This document shows, one piece after another, positions 29,298 to 38,518 of a stretch of 64,000 nucleotides of DNA. Source of the DNA: Candidatus Brocadiia bacterium (GTDB lineage: Bacteria > Planctomycetota > Brocadiia > CAIUPP01); NCBI GenBank assembly GCA_050015075.1, contig JBEKCB010000009.1:81878-145877 (forward strand), written 5' to 3'. Each line of letters begins with the position of its first letter. Within the stretch, counting starts at the first letter, position 1. The notes under the pieces are model-generated. The model was not told the origin of the DNA, searched no databases, and saw only the letters and a list, made by a program, of their open reading frames with translations. Both the position numbers and the translations under genes were made by a program.

Positions 29298-29765
29298 GTG
29301 AAACAGACCCTGATCGCGTACTACTCGCGCACCGGCGGCACGCGCAAAGTCGCCGAGCAACTCGCCGCGATCCTCGATGCCGACCTCGAGGTAATCCGCG
29401 AGGCGAAAGACCGCTCCGGCGTGCTCGGATTGCTGAGCGCCGCGTGGGACTCCACGCTCAAACGCGAAGCGGACCTCGCCAGCAAGCACAGCGGCGAGGG
29501 GCGCAAGACCATCGTCATCGCGACGCCCATCTGGGGATTCAGACCGCCGCCCGCCGTGCGGAGCTATCTCAGGAAGGTCAACCTCGCCGGAAAGAAAGTC
29601 TGCGCCGTCTGCACTTTCTACGGGATGGGCGGCGACTGGGTGCTTGACGCCATCGCCGCGATGGTCCCCGGCGGCCTCGCCGCGCGGCTCGCCCTCAGGC
29701 GACCCGCCGCCCAGCAGAATCTCGCCGCGACTCTCAAAGAATGGGCGAAACAGGTCGGCAGGTGA
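29298..29765 (+). CDS. Flavodoxin-like protein
   Basis: YYSRTGGTRKVA FMN loop, IATPIWG. Confidence 0.85.
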   Translation: MKQTLIAYYSRTGGTRKVAEQLAAILDADLEVIREAKDRSGVLGLLSAAWDSTLKREADLASKHSGEGRKTIVIATPIWGFRPPPAVRSYLRKVNLAGKKVCAVCTFYGMGGDWVLDAIAAMVPGGLAARLALRRPAAQQNLAATLKEWAKQVGR

Positions 29766-29824
29766 GGCTTTCGGGACCGGCGTCGCGGGCAAATCCGCCG
29801 CCTGCCGGGCCGCGGCGCCGGCGG

Positions 29825-30715
29825 CTACGGCCCCTGCTTGCCGGCGCCCGGCGTCGCCTTCCTCACGCACCTGAAGCCATAGGTCTCGTAGCCGAAGCAC
29901 ACGTCCGCAAAACCGGGCGACTCCGCCGATCGCGCGCTTGACCGGCACTGGCCGGCAGCGCTCCGCCAGTTCCCGCCGCGAAGCACCCGCTTCTCGCCGG
30001 TCGCCGGCCCTCGCGGATCGTCCCCGCCGGACCGCCGATAGGCATCTTCCGCGTAGAAGTCGTTGCACCACTCCGAGACGTTCCCATGCATGTCGTGCAG
30101 GCCCCACGCGTTCGGCCGCTTCTGGCCCACGGGATTGGTCGTCTCGCCGGAGTTCTCCTTGAACCAGCCGTAGTCGCGCAGCAGCACCGAATCGTTTCCG
30201 AAGGAGTAATCCGTCGTGCTCCCGGCGCGGCACGCGTACTCCCATTCCGCCTCGGTCGGAAGTCGATAGCCGTCCGCATCGAAGTTGCACGCCATCGTCT
30301 CCAGGTCGTAGCAGGGCTTGAGCCCTTCCTTCAGCGACCTCATGTTGCAGTACTTGACCGCCGCCAGCCAGCTGACCCTCTCCACCGGTTTATCCGGGCC
30401 TTTGAACTTGGACGGGTTCGTCCCCATCAGTCCTTCGAAGGACTTCTGCGTCACCTCGAATCTGTCCATGCAGAAGCCGCCCACGTGCACCCGGTGCGCC
30501 GGCTTCTCGTCCTCTTCGCCGCGATCGTTCCCCATGAGAAAATCGCCCGCCGGAACGAGGACCATCTCGATCCCGCTCGCGGTCCGGATGGATTGGACGG
30601 GCGTCGCCGGCGAGTTGTCCTTCTTCTGACAGCCGCAATTGACCAGGCAGGCCAGCAGCAACGCCGCTCCCGCCGGCATGACCGCGGCGCAGCGTCGCAT
30701 CTCGACGAGCTTCAT
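29825..30715 (-). CDS. FGE-sulfatase (SUMF1) domain lipoprotein
   Basis: FLMG, EVTQ, VSW, YRLPTEAEWEYA, PNAWGLHDMHGNVSEW, RGG, GFRC; N-terminal signal with Cys. Confidence 0.9.
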   Translation of the reverse strand: MKLVEMRRCAAVMPAGAALLLACLVNCGCQKKDNSPATPVQSIRTASGIEMVLVPAGDFLMGNDRGEEDEKPAHRVHVGGFCMDRFEVTQKSFEGLMGTNPSKFKGPDKPVERVSWLAAVKYCNMRSLKEGLKPCYDLETMACNFDADGYRLPTEAEWEYACRAGSTTDYSFGNDSVLLRDYGWFKENSGETTNPVGQKRPNAWGLHDMHGNVSEWCNDFYAEDAYRRSGGDDPRGPATGEKRVLRGGNWRSAAGQCRSSARSAESPGFADVCFGYETYGFRCVRKATPGAGKQGP

Positions 30716-30719
30716 GGCC

Positions 30720-33065
30720 TCAGTACCTCGGCCATTCGTGGAAGGACGGCCTGCGCAGCACTTCCTGGCTTCGTTTGCGGACCTCCTTGGCCAGCTCCAC
30801 CATCCGGATATCCGTCGCGAGCGCGAGCCCCGCCTGCTGGCGCAGCACCTTCACCGCCTGCCGGCACTCGCCCGCCAGTTCGTCCTGGCTGCCGCCGATC
30901 ACCACCAGCGCGCTCGTGAACTCCTTGCACGCGTCCAGCGCCTGCGGACTTTCGTCGGTCAGGTGCGCCTTCCGGAAGGCGTCCACGAGTTCCTGCGTCT
31001 GGTCGGGCGTCTTGATGTTCTCCCTCAGCCGGTTGTACCTCTCGTCAATGACTCGGGTCAGCCGCTCCAGTTCCGCGACCTGCGGGGCCAGCTCGGGATG
31101 CGCTTTCCCGTACTCGTCCAGGTACTTTGACATATCATGTCCGAAGGTCACGTACGTCTCGACCCGGCTGCGGATGAATCGCACGAAGAGCATGACATCG
31201 GTGAGCGCCTGCTCGATCTCCGCCTTGCGCGGCCCCTGCTGATGCTGCTCGTAAATCGGCGTGAGGGTGTCCCGGCACGCGCACGTCGCAATTCCCATGG
31301 AGTGCGCGCGCTGCCCTTCCACGTCCAGCACGTACTCGCACGGTCCCACGCCCAGCGTCGCGCGCACCACGTCCACCACCGTGTAAGCGTCCAGCGGCGT
31401 GCCGCCCAGCCTCATGATCGGATAGATCAACGTCGGTCCCTGAAACCGTGCGCGCTGCCTGAAGGGCTGCGGCTGCAGGTTCCCGCGGCCGTCCTTATCT
31501 ATCCAGCACGGATAGAGGAAATCGCCGAGCACCGTCGCCCATCTCGTGCGGTCGGCCGGGACTTCGTCCATGCCGCGGAACCAGCCGTACTTGGCGAAAG
31601 CCCCGTCCGGGCGCTCCATGATCATCTCCCAACTGTCCGCCAGCCGGTCGGTCCTGTGCCAGTCCACCCGCCAGACCGCCGGATAAGGCTGTTTCCAGTC
31701 CAGCGGAATCACCTTCTTCATGTCCGCCTGGCTGATGTCCCGCACGTGCCATATCTGCGGCGCCGTCATCACCGCGACCCACACGTTCCCCTTGGCGCCA
31801 TACTGGATCTCCGCGCCGTCAATCCTCTTGGCCGCGTCCTGCCCACTCAGCGTGACGGCCACGTCCTCGTCCTGCTCGGTCCATACGCTCATCAGCAGCG
31901 CATCGTTCCCCTCCAGCATCTCCAGCAGGAAGTTCTCGCTCGGCAACTCCGCCCGCGCGACCGGCAGCTCCGTCGCGTCCAGCATAATGTCGTCTGCAAA
32001 GAAGTCCGGCATCACCGCGAAGCGGCACACAGCCTCCACCCGCAGGGCGCGGACGCCTTCCTTCGGCTCCGTCTTGACGTAAAGCTGGCCGATCTTGAGT
32101 TCGTACCCCACGCCCAGCGGTTTCCCCTCCGCCTGGAACGCCGCCTCGACCTTCACGTCTCCCGGGTTATTTTCCACGACTTTGACCGACGAGAGTTGTA
32201 TCTTGGCGGGATCCGTCGGCCCCTGGCCGACCGGGACCAGCGCCGCTCGTTCCTTCCAGCCCTCGGGTCCCGCCGAATACAACTCCGCCCCGTGGCCGGC
32301 CCGTCTCAGCACCACCGCAACTCGATTGTTCTGGAAGACCGCGTCGCCGGCGAACTCGTGCTTGACCTGGTCCTCGGGCAATTGCGTCCAGCCGCTCTTC
32401 TGCGACAGCGCCGCCGCGGAAAGGGGATCGGCGGAAGCCGCGCCGGTGTCGAACAGCCGCACTCCAGCGTCCGCCGCCACCGTCTGCGCTTCCTTCTGAT
32501 ACGCGACATACTCTCCCTCGTACAGCCGCGCGCCGTCCAGCCGGAACCGGCTCTTCGCCTGGCCGCAGGACACGAAGGCGAACCAGCCTTCGGGGTATGC
32601 CTTGTCCACCTTGAACGTAATGTGCAGTTCTGTCCACTGGTTCTTCTGCAGAGCGACCGGCCCGCTCTGACCGGGCGCATCCCACGGTTCCGCGTTGCGC
32701 TCCACTCTCAGGCCGACCGCCGCCGGCCCTTCCACGGCCTTGGCCAGAACCGCAAACGTGTACGTTCCGCCCACCCGCCCGGCCGGAACTTTCTGCCCCA
32801 GTTGCACTCCGTAGCCGGCCACCTTGTCCACCGTCACCAACGCGCTGAACTCGCAGTCGCGCGCGTCGTCCTTATCCACCGTGAAACGCGCCTCGCAGCC
32901 GTCTGCCGAATCCATCTCCCACGGATCCGCCCCCATCTCGAAGCTCGGGTTCGCCAGAAGGTTCTTGGGCCTTTGCGCATCCGCCGCCAAGGCCAGCCCC
33001 GCCGCCCCGGCCAGCACGACAAAAGCCGCCAAGACCATCCGGCCGCTCCAGCTATTCCGAGCCAT
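30720..33065 (-). CDS. Exported protein: CBM4/9-like domain plus unknown domain (paralog B)
   Basis: Signal peptide, NLLANPSFE carbohydrate-binding-module start; remainder homologous to the upstream gene; ATG 33065 with AAGGAG RBS. Confidence 0.75.
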   Translation of the reverse strand: MARNSWSGRMVLAAFVVLAGAAGLALAADAQRPKNLLANPSFEMGADPWEMDSADGCEARFTVDKDDARDCEFSALVTVDKVAGYGVQLGQKVPAGRVGGTYTFAVLAKAVEGPAAVGLRVERNAEPWDAPGQSGPVALQKNQWTELHITFKVDKAYPEGWFAFVSCGQAKSRFRLDGARLYEGEYVAYQKEAQTVAADAGVRLFDTGAASADPLSAAALSQKSGWTQLPEDQVKHEFAGDAVFQNNRVAVVLRRAGHGAELYSAGPEGWKERAALVPVGQGPTDPAKIQLSSVKVVENNPGDVKVEAAFQAEGKPLGVGYELKIGQLYVKTEPKEGVRALRVEAVCRFAVMPDFFADDIMLDATELPVARAELPSENFLLEMLEGNDALLMSVWTEQDEDVAVTLSGQDAAKRIDGAEIQYGAKGNVWVAVMTAPQIWHVRDISQADMKKVIPLDWKQPYPAVWRVDWHRTDRLADSWEMIMERPDGAFAKYGWFRGMDEVPADRTRWATVLGDFLYPCWIDKDGRGNLQPQPFRQRARFQGPTLIYPIMRLGGTPLDAYTVVDVVRATLGVGPCEYVLDVEGQRAHSMGIATCACRDTLTPIYEQHQQGPRKAEIEQALTDVMLFVRFIRSRVETYVTFGHDMSKYLDEYGKAHPELAPQVAELERLTRVIDERYNRLRENIKTPDQTQELVDAFRKAHLTDESPQALDACKEFTSALVVIGGSQDELAGECRQAVKVLRQQAGLALATDIRMVELAKEVRKRSQEVLRRPSFHEWPRY

Positions 33066-34824
33066 CGTTTCGCTCCTTATGTATGGGGGCTTCCTTGCGA
33101 AGCCCGGACTGAGCCAGCTTTTTAACCGTGTCCGCAAAGTTCGCAGCCGTCCCCTGCGCGCCTCTGCACAACTGTATGACCTGCCGCAAAATCATTCGGC
33201 ACCGCGCCAGGGAACTGTCCTGAGTCGCGCCCAGCGCGCGCACTTTTACCATCTCCTGCTGCCATTCGTCCGCGCCGCACTCCTTCTCAGCCAGCGCGAG
33301 GACCTCCTGGGTCACCTGCTCCGCCGACCGGTGAATGTTTTCATCCTCTCCGACCGCGCGCCGCATTTCCCCCAGCAGCTTCAGCACCTCCTGCGCCAGC
33401 GGACCATTCGGTCCCGGGTCGGCGCAAGCTGATTGTATACTATCCGCCAGTTTTCCGTAATCCCTGATCCGGCCCTGGACCTCCTCGATGTGACGCGTCA
33501 TCCGGCCGAGCCGCTCCCGCAGCGCCGCCGATTCCTTCTTCAGCTTCCCTTTTCGGAACTGCTCCTCCATCCACCGGCTGACCAAGTCAGGCGTCGCCGG
33601 ATATTCCGTCCCCATCCCTTCGGCCTCGAGAACATACTGACACGGACCGGTGCCCAGTGCGCTGCGCATGACGTCGTTGATGCAGAACGCCGTCAGCGGC
33701 GTTGCCGGGCTGCGGTCAATGGGATAGACCACCAGCGTCGTCTCACCCGCGGAGGCTGTCGCGCTCGTCTCCGCCGGCGACGGTCGGACAAATCGCACGA
33801 ACGCCCGCTCCCGATCGAACCAGCATCGCGCCGCATCCGCGCTTGCGCCGGGGGCATCCGCGAAACTGCTCGAATGTGCAAGCCCGTCCGAGCCGGCCGC
33901 GTCGCATCGCCACTGCGCCGCGAAAGGCCGTCTCCACGCCAGCTCCACCTCGCCGGTCTCCCCCACCGCAATCTTCCGGCTGTGCCAGATGCCCGGCCCC
34001 TCCAGAAGAGCGACCCAGAGGCTCTTCCCCGGCGCGCACTCGATCTCGACGCCTTGGAATGATGCCTTCTCGCCGGTTCCTTCCATGATCGCGTCCACGT
34101 CGGCTTGCCCGTATTTCCAGACGCACGCTGTGATCGCATCGCCCTCGCCCGTGAGGTTGACCAGGCAGTTCTCCGCAGGCAGCCCGACCCGCGACCGGCC
34201 CGAGCTCCCTGCGCTGACCACGACGTCATCCGCGAAGTAATCCGGGACCACGACGTGCTTGATCTCCTGTTCGATGCGCAGCCTCTCCGCCCCTTTTCCC
34301 GGACGCACCTCCACCAGGTTCGCGCCCGTTGTCAGGCGGTACGCGACCGCAGCCGTACTCCCCGCCTTGGACTTGAAGGCGCACTCCAGGGCGACCGCGG
34401 CAAAGCTGTTCTCGGAAATCCTGAGACCCGCGAGCGTCATTTCCACGCCATCGCCGACAGGCGCCAGCACGGCCCGCAGTCTCAGACCTTGCCCACTTCT
34501 TGAGTAGAGGCTCGCGCCGGCCCCGTTCGGGGATACAACCAGCGCCAGCTTGTCGTTGACGACCACCGCATCCCCGGCGAACGAGTGCGTCGTGACATCC
34601 TCCGCCACCGCGGCCCAGCCCTCGCTTGCCGAGAGACCGGCGGCGGTGAGAGGCCCTGAGAGCGCAACCCCGGTGTCGAAAAGTCGCGTGAAAGGCCCCG
34701 TGATCTCGGCAGCTTTGGGCGCAGCCGCCGGCACCGGCTGACGATGGCATCCCGCCGGAATGGCTGCTGCAGCCGCCGCCAGGGCCAACAGCAGAATGAT
34801 CCTTTTGCAACCGCCGTCTGCCAC
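33052..34824 (-). CDS. Unknown lipoprotein (paralog A of 30720..33065)
   Basis: Lipobox IPAG-C; shared blocks RLFDTG, FAGDAV, PD(Y/F)FADD, LPxEN, YPIxR..TPL, LGxGPCxYVL. Confidence 0.78.
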   Translation of the reverse strand: MADGGCKRIILLLALAAAAAAIPAGCHRQPVPAAAPKAAEITGPFTRLFDTGVALSGPLTAAGLSASEGWAAVAEDVTTHSFAGDAVVVNDKLALVVSPNGAGASLYSRSGQGLRLRAVLAPVGDGVEMTLAGLRISENSFAAVALECAFKSKAGSTAAVAYRLTTGANLVEVRPGKGAERLRIEQEIKHVVVPDYFADDVVVSAGSSGRSRVGLPAENCLVNLTGEGDAITACVWKYGQADVDAIMEGTGEKASFQGVEIECAPGKSLWVALLEGPGIWHSRKIAVGETGEVELAWRRPFAAQWRCDAAGSDGLAHSSSFADAPGASADAARCWFDRERAFVRFVRPSPAETSATASAGETTLVVYPIDRSPATPLTAFCINDVMRSALGTGPCQYVLEAEGMGTEYPATPDLVSRWMEEQFRKGKLKKESAALRERLGRMTRHIEEVQGRIRDYGKLADSIQSACADPGPNGPLAQEVLKLLGEMRRAVGEDENIHRSAEQVTQEVLALAEKECGADEWQQEMVKVRALGATQDSSLARCRMILRQVIQLCRGAQGTAANFADTVKKLAQSGLRKEAPIHKERNDGSE

Positions 34825-34836
34825 TGGGAAACTCCT

Positions 34837-35742
34837 CTACTTCCAGTCCGGATACATGTCCGATCCGCCTTCGGTCAGCCGCGTCGGCTCACCGCCCTGC
34901 GCAGACACCGTGTACAACTCCCACGGACCGCTCGGCGACGCCGCCTGGCAGAATACCAGCCGGCTGCCGTCCGGGCTCCACCGCGCAAGGCGCTGCACTC
35001 CGCCGTAATAGGTCACGGTGCGGTTGTGCGTCCCATCCGGATTGATCGTGCACAGGTTGGTCTCGGTCTCATAGACGATCTTCGCGCCGTCCGGCGACCA
35101 GTGCGGCTGGCATGCCCCCTGTTCGCCGAAGACCTTCCTCGGCTCGCCGCCCTCCGCCGACATAACGTACACGCCGTTCCCCGCTTCCCATCGGCACGCA
35201 AACGCGATCTCACCGCCCTTGGGACTCCACGCCGGCCCTGAGCAGTGCGGCCAGTTCTCGGGCGAGAGCGCCTTCTCCGCGCCGCCGGCGAGGTCGCGCC
35301 TGAATATCCTCTCGCTCCTCCGGAAGACGATGCTCTTCCCGTCGGGCGCCCATCCGGCCTGGTCGCCGTCGCAGAGCCGCTCGGTCTTCTCCGTCGCAAT
35401 CGTCATCCGCCAGACGCCCGAGTTCCCGCCGCGCGTTGACGTGAACAAAATGCTCGCGCCGTCCGGGCTGAACGCCGGGTCCACGTCCGCGTCATCCGGC
35501 CCGCCCTGGGTCAACTGCCTCATCCCCGTTCCGTCCGGCTGAATCGTCCAGAGCCTCCACTGCCCTGACCGGTCGCTGGAGAACACGATCAACGGGCTCC
35601 GGTCGGGCGACGCCGGCGTTGCGGCCGCCGAGGACGGTTCTTTCGGGCTTCCCTGCGGAGCCGCGTCGCGGCGCGTGCATCCCCAGATCAGCGCGGCGGC
35701 CAGCGCCAGTCCGATCATGACGCGTATTGTCACGGTTCTCAT
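34837..35742 (-). CDS. TolB-like PD40 beta-propeller lipoprotein
   Basis: Lipobox LIWG-C, repeated (F/W)SPDG motifs, terminal PDW; ATGA overlap with the upstream gene. Confidence 0.88.
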   Translation of the reverse strand: MRTVTIRVMIGLALAAALIWGCTRRDAAPQGSPKEPSSAAATPASPDRSPLIVFSSDRSGQWRLWTIQPDGTGMRQLTQGGPDDADVDPAFSPDGASILFTSTRGGNSGVWRMTIATEKTERLCDGDQAGWAPDGKSIVFRRSERIFRRDLAGGAEKALSPENWPHCSGPAWSPKGGEIAFACRWEAGNGVYVMSAEGGEPRKVFGEQGACQPHWSPDGAKIVYETETNLCTINPDGTHNRTVTYYGGVQRLARWSPDGSRLVFCQAASPSGPWELYTVSAQGGEPTRLTEGGSDMYPDWK

Positions 35743-36899
35743 CTGTCTGTTCCTTGCACTGACTTCTCGGCTGTCGGCTGGAGGAGCCGCGAGAACGGCT
35801 CGCTCGCCAGCAACTCGCGTCCCAGCATCGCATATCCCTCGCGCAGCGGATGGCTGGCATCCGCATAATACTCGCTGGGCAGCACGGGAGGCGTGAAATA
35901 CAGCACGCCGTTCTCGCGCAGCCACTGCCCCACCTCGCTCACCACGCGATGATAGCCATCGCGGCTCCGCGGCGTGAGCATGTATTCGTTGAGCGGGCCC
36001 ACCGCCACCAGCAGCGTGTCGCCCCGGCGGCGGAGCATCTCCACCGAATCCTGGAACGCGCGCCATTGCAGCGACTCCTCCAGCGCAACCCACGGGAAGT
36101 CCTGCACCGTCGCCCCGCGCTCTTTCCACGACAGGTTCACGTGTCTCGCCGGGTCGTCCTCCTCGCCGCGCCTCACGGACACTACGAGGGGATTGGCGTA
36201 CGGATTCTTCAGCGTCCACCGGGCCAGGTCCGCGCCGCCGAGGCATTCCCAGCGCCAGTGCCGCACCCAGGGCCGGAACGGCAGCAGGCGTTCCGCCTCA
36301 ATCGCCAGCCTGTCGGCATAGGATGCCTTGTACGCCGGGATCTCCAGCGAGAATTGCGGCAGAAGTTCCGGGTGGTTGAAACGAAACTCCTTTCCCGCTC
36401 GCAGGTCGTGCTCCCGCGACGCCATCCAGAGCGGATTGAAGTGCAGGATGACCCGCGAGTTGGATATTCCTCCGCCGTACCACTCCAGGAGGCCGCGCTG
36501 CGCCACCGGGTACATCCCGTCCACGCCCAAGTTCGCAAACCTCTTCTCGCCGGCCGGCGCACCGAGGTAGTGCGACAGCGTCTCATCGGCGGCGACGTAT
36601 TCGCCCCAGACCACCGAATCGCCGACGACCAGCGTCTTCGATTCCGACGCCGCCAGCCGACTGTATCGCTCGAACAGCCAGTAGTCGTTGCTCATCTCAT
36701 ACGGGACTCGGTAGTCCGGACCCGGCCGGAAAGTCTCCAGCCGTCGCCCGATGACCGGCAGGGCCGCCAGCACCGCCAGCACGACCGCTGCGACCCACAT
36801 CCATTGCCGCAGCGACAGCGGCATCTCCACCGAGCCGTACAGCGCCTCCTCGCGCCTGAGTTCGGCCGTCTTCTCCGGGGCCTGAACGCTGGAGGTCAT
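35739..36899 (-). CDS. Membrane-anchored SGNH-fold protein (AlgJ/DltD/PatB-like acyl-transfer partner)
   Basis: N-terminal TM, VVGDS, NLGVDG, DASH; directly downstream of an MBOAT. Confidence 0.8.
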   Translation of the reverse strand: MTSSVQAPEKTAELRREEALYGSVEMPLSLRQWMWVAAVVLAVLAALPVIGRRLETFRPGPDYRVPYEMSNDYWLFERYSRLAASESKTLVVGDSVVWGEYVAADETLSHYLGAPAGEKRFANLGVDGMYPVAQRGLLEWYGGGISNSRVILHFNPLWMASREHDLRAGKEFRFNHPELLPQFSLEIPAYKASYADRLAIEAERLLPFRPWVRHWRWECLGGADLARWTLKNPYANPLVVSVRRGEEDDPARHVNLSWKERGATVQDFPWVALEESLQWRAFQDSVEMLRRRGDTLLVAVGPLNEYMLTPRSRDGYHRVVSEVGQWLRENGVLYFTPPVLPSEYYADASHPLREGYAMLGRELLASEPFSRLLQPTAEKSVQGTDR

Positions 36900-36918
36900 G
36901 CCGTCGCGCCCTCTCCTA

Positions 36919-36989
36919 AGAAAATGCGCGCCCGGCGCGCATTTTCTATTCATGCACCAGCCGCGCAGCCGTTAGCGCGGCTAATGTGC
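36919..36989. repeat. 71-bp double-hairpin dispersed repeat, copy 2
   Basis: 66/71 identical to 25271..25341; fills the MBOAT-SGNH intergenic space. Confidence 0.92.
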
Positions 36990-38366
36990 TCAGAACTGGA
37001 AATAGATGAACGGCCGGTCGCTCGATCCCACCATCGTCGCCAGGTAGAGGACCATGCACGCCGCCATCCCCGCCTGCACCGGCGCAAGCTGCAGCGCCCA
37101 GCGCGCCCGCGACTCATACAAATGCTGGTACAGCCACACCATCAGGACCAGCATCGCCGCCAGCAACGGGAACGCCGGGTCCACCCACTGCGGGTTGAAG
37201 ATCCTCGAGATAATCACCTTCGCGTCGCCCATCGAGCGCGCCCGGAAGAAAATCCACGCGAACGTGACGAAGCCGTACACCAGCATCTGCTTGACGAACT
37301 TCGGCACGCGCTCCATCCAGAAGGCCGTCCCTTCCAGCTCTCGCGTGAACACCCGCCCCAGCGCGTGCAGCGCGCCCCAGATGACGAACATCCACGTCGC
37401 CCCGTGCCACACTCCCGAGATGAGCATGGTCAGGCACATGTTCCTGTAGGTCTTCAGCGTTCCTTCACGGTTTCCGCCCATGGGGATGTACACGTAGTCC
37501 TTGAACCAGCTCGACAGGCTGATGTGCCACCGCGACCAGAAATCCCCCAGGCCCTGCGCCAGGTACGGATGGTTGAAGTTGAGCATCAGCTTATAGCCCA
37601 TCACCCGCGCGATCCCGCGGGCCATGTCCGTATATCCGCTGAAGTCGAAGTAGATCTGCCACCCGAACGCCGCCGTCGCCAGCAGCAGCGCCGGGCCCTG
37701 GTACTGCCCCGGCGCGCCATAGACCTTGTCCACGTAAAGCGCCAGGTAGTCCGCCAGCGCCACCTTCTTGAACAAGCCCACCAGGAAGAGCGACAGCCCG
37801 TCCGTCACGTCCGCCTGCGTGATCTTCTGTTCCTGCTGCAACTGCGGCAGGAGGTTCGACGCCCGCTGGATCGGCCCGGCCACCAGTTGCGGGAACAGGG
37901 ACACGAACGTGGCGAACCGCACGAACCGCGGCTCCGGCTGGATGCGGCCGCGGTAGCAGTCTATGGTGTAACTCATGGACTGAAAGGTGTAGAACGATAT
38001 GCCGACCGGCAGCAGCCAGTTCGGCACGGGGATGACGTGCTGGCCGCCCATCGCCGCCAGCAGCGCGTTCAGGTTCTCCGTCAGGAACCCGGCGTACTTG
38101 AACGTGGCCAGCAGGCACAGGTTGTTGGTCACCGCCAGCGCCAGCCACCGTTTCCGGTGCGGGCTCTTCACCATCCGCAGCACGACGAAGTAGTCCACCA
38201 CGGTCGAGTAGCTGATGAGCAGCAGGTACAGCGGGTTCCACCAGCCGTAGAACACGTACGACGACAGCAGCAGCCAGTAGTCCCTCAGACGGGTGCCCTT
38301 GACCGCCAGGTAGACCGGGTAGAACACCAGAAAGAATGCGGCGAAGACCCAGGTGTGAAAAAGCAT
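36990..38366 (-). CDS. MBOAT family O-acyltransferase (AlgI/PatA/DltB-like)
   Basis: PVGISFYTFQ, FPQLVAGPI, QIYFDFSGY, FWSRWHISLS, GVWHG, C-terminal FIYFQF. Confidence 0.95.
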   Translation of the reverse strand: MLFHTWVFAAFFLVFYPVYLAVKGTRLRDYWLLLSSYVFYGWWNPLYLLLISYSTVVDYFVVLRMVKSPHRKRWLALAVTNNLCLLATFKYAGFLTENLNALLAAMGGQHVIPVPNWLLPVGISFYTFQSMSYTIDCYRGRIQPEPRFVRFATFVSLFPQLVAGPIQRASNLLPQLQQEQKITQADVTDGLSLFLVGLFKKVALADYLALYVDKVYGAPGQYQGPALLLATAAFGWQIYFDFSGYTDMARGIARVMGYKLMLNFNHPYLAQGLGDFWSRWHISLSSWFKDYVYIPMGGNREGTLKTYRNMCLTMLISGVWHGATWMFVIWGALHALGRVFTRELEGTAFWMERVPKFVKQMLVYGFVTFAWIFFRARSMGDAKVIISRIFNPQWVDPAFPLLAAMLVLMVWLYQHLYESRARWALQLAPVQAGMAACMVLYLATMVGSSDRPFIYFQF

Positions 38367-38415
38367 TCCCGCTCCTGAAACCTTCTCCCGTCGGCGACGT
38401 CCGTTTGGAGTTCAC

Positions 38416-38444
38416 ATTGTGACGATGGAGGTCGTCTTCGTCAA
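38416..38444 (-). promoter_or_regulatory. Shared promoter/operator motif, copy 1 (MBOAT operon)
   Basis: Reverse complement reads TTGAC-gaagacgacctccatc-GTCA-CAAT. Confidence 0.75.
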
Positions 38445-38518
38445 GCCGCCCCGTATTGCCTTCGGTGAAGACGCGTGGCATACTGACCGAAAACCATTGG
38501 CTGCGGGGACGTTGCATC

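Noticed and set aside
29825-30000. FGE/C-type lectin domain C-terminus as a diversity-generating retroelement target
   Set aside because: No template repeat, adenine-specific variant copy or reverse transcriptase in the window
29825-30715. A true formylglycine-generating enzyme serving the sulfatase-fold gene
   Set aside because: It lacks the CxxxxC catalytic motif after RGG, and the sulfatase-fold protein has Thr at the modified position
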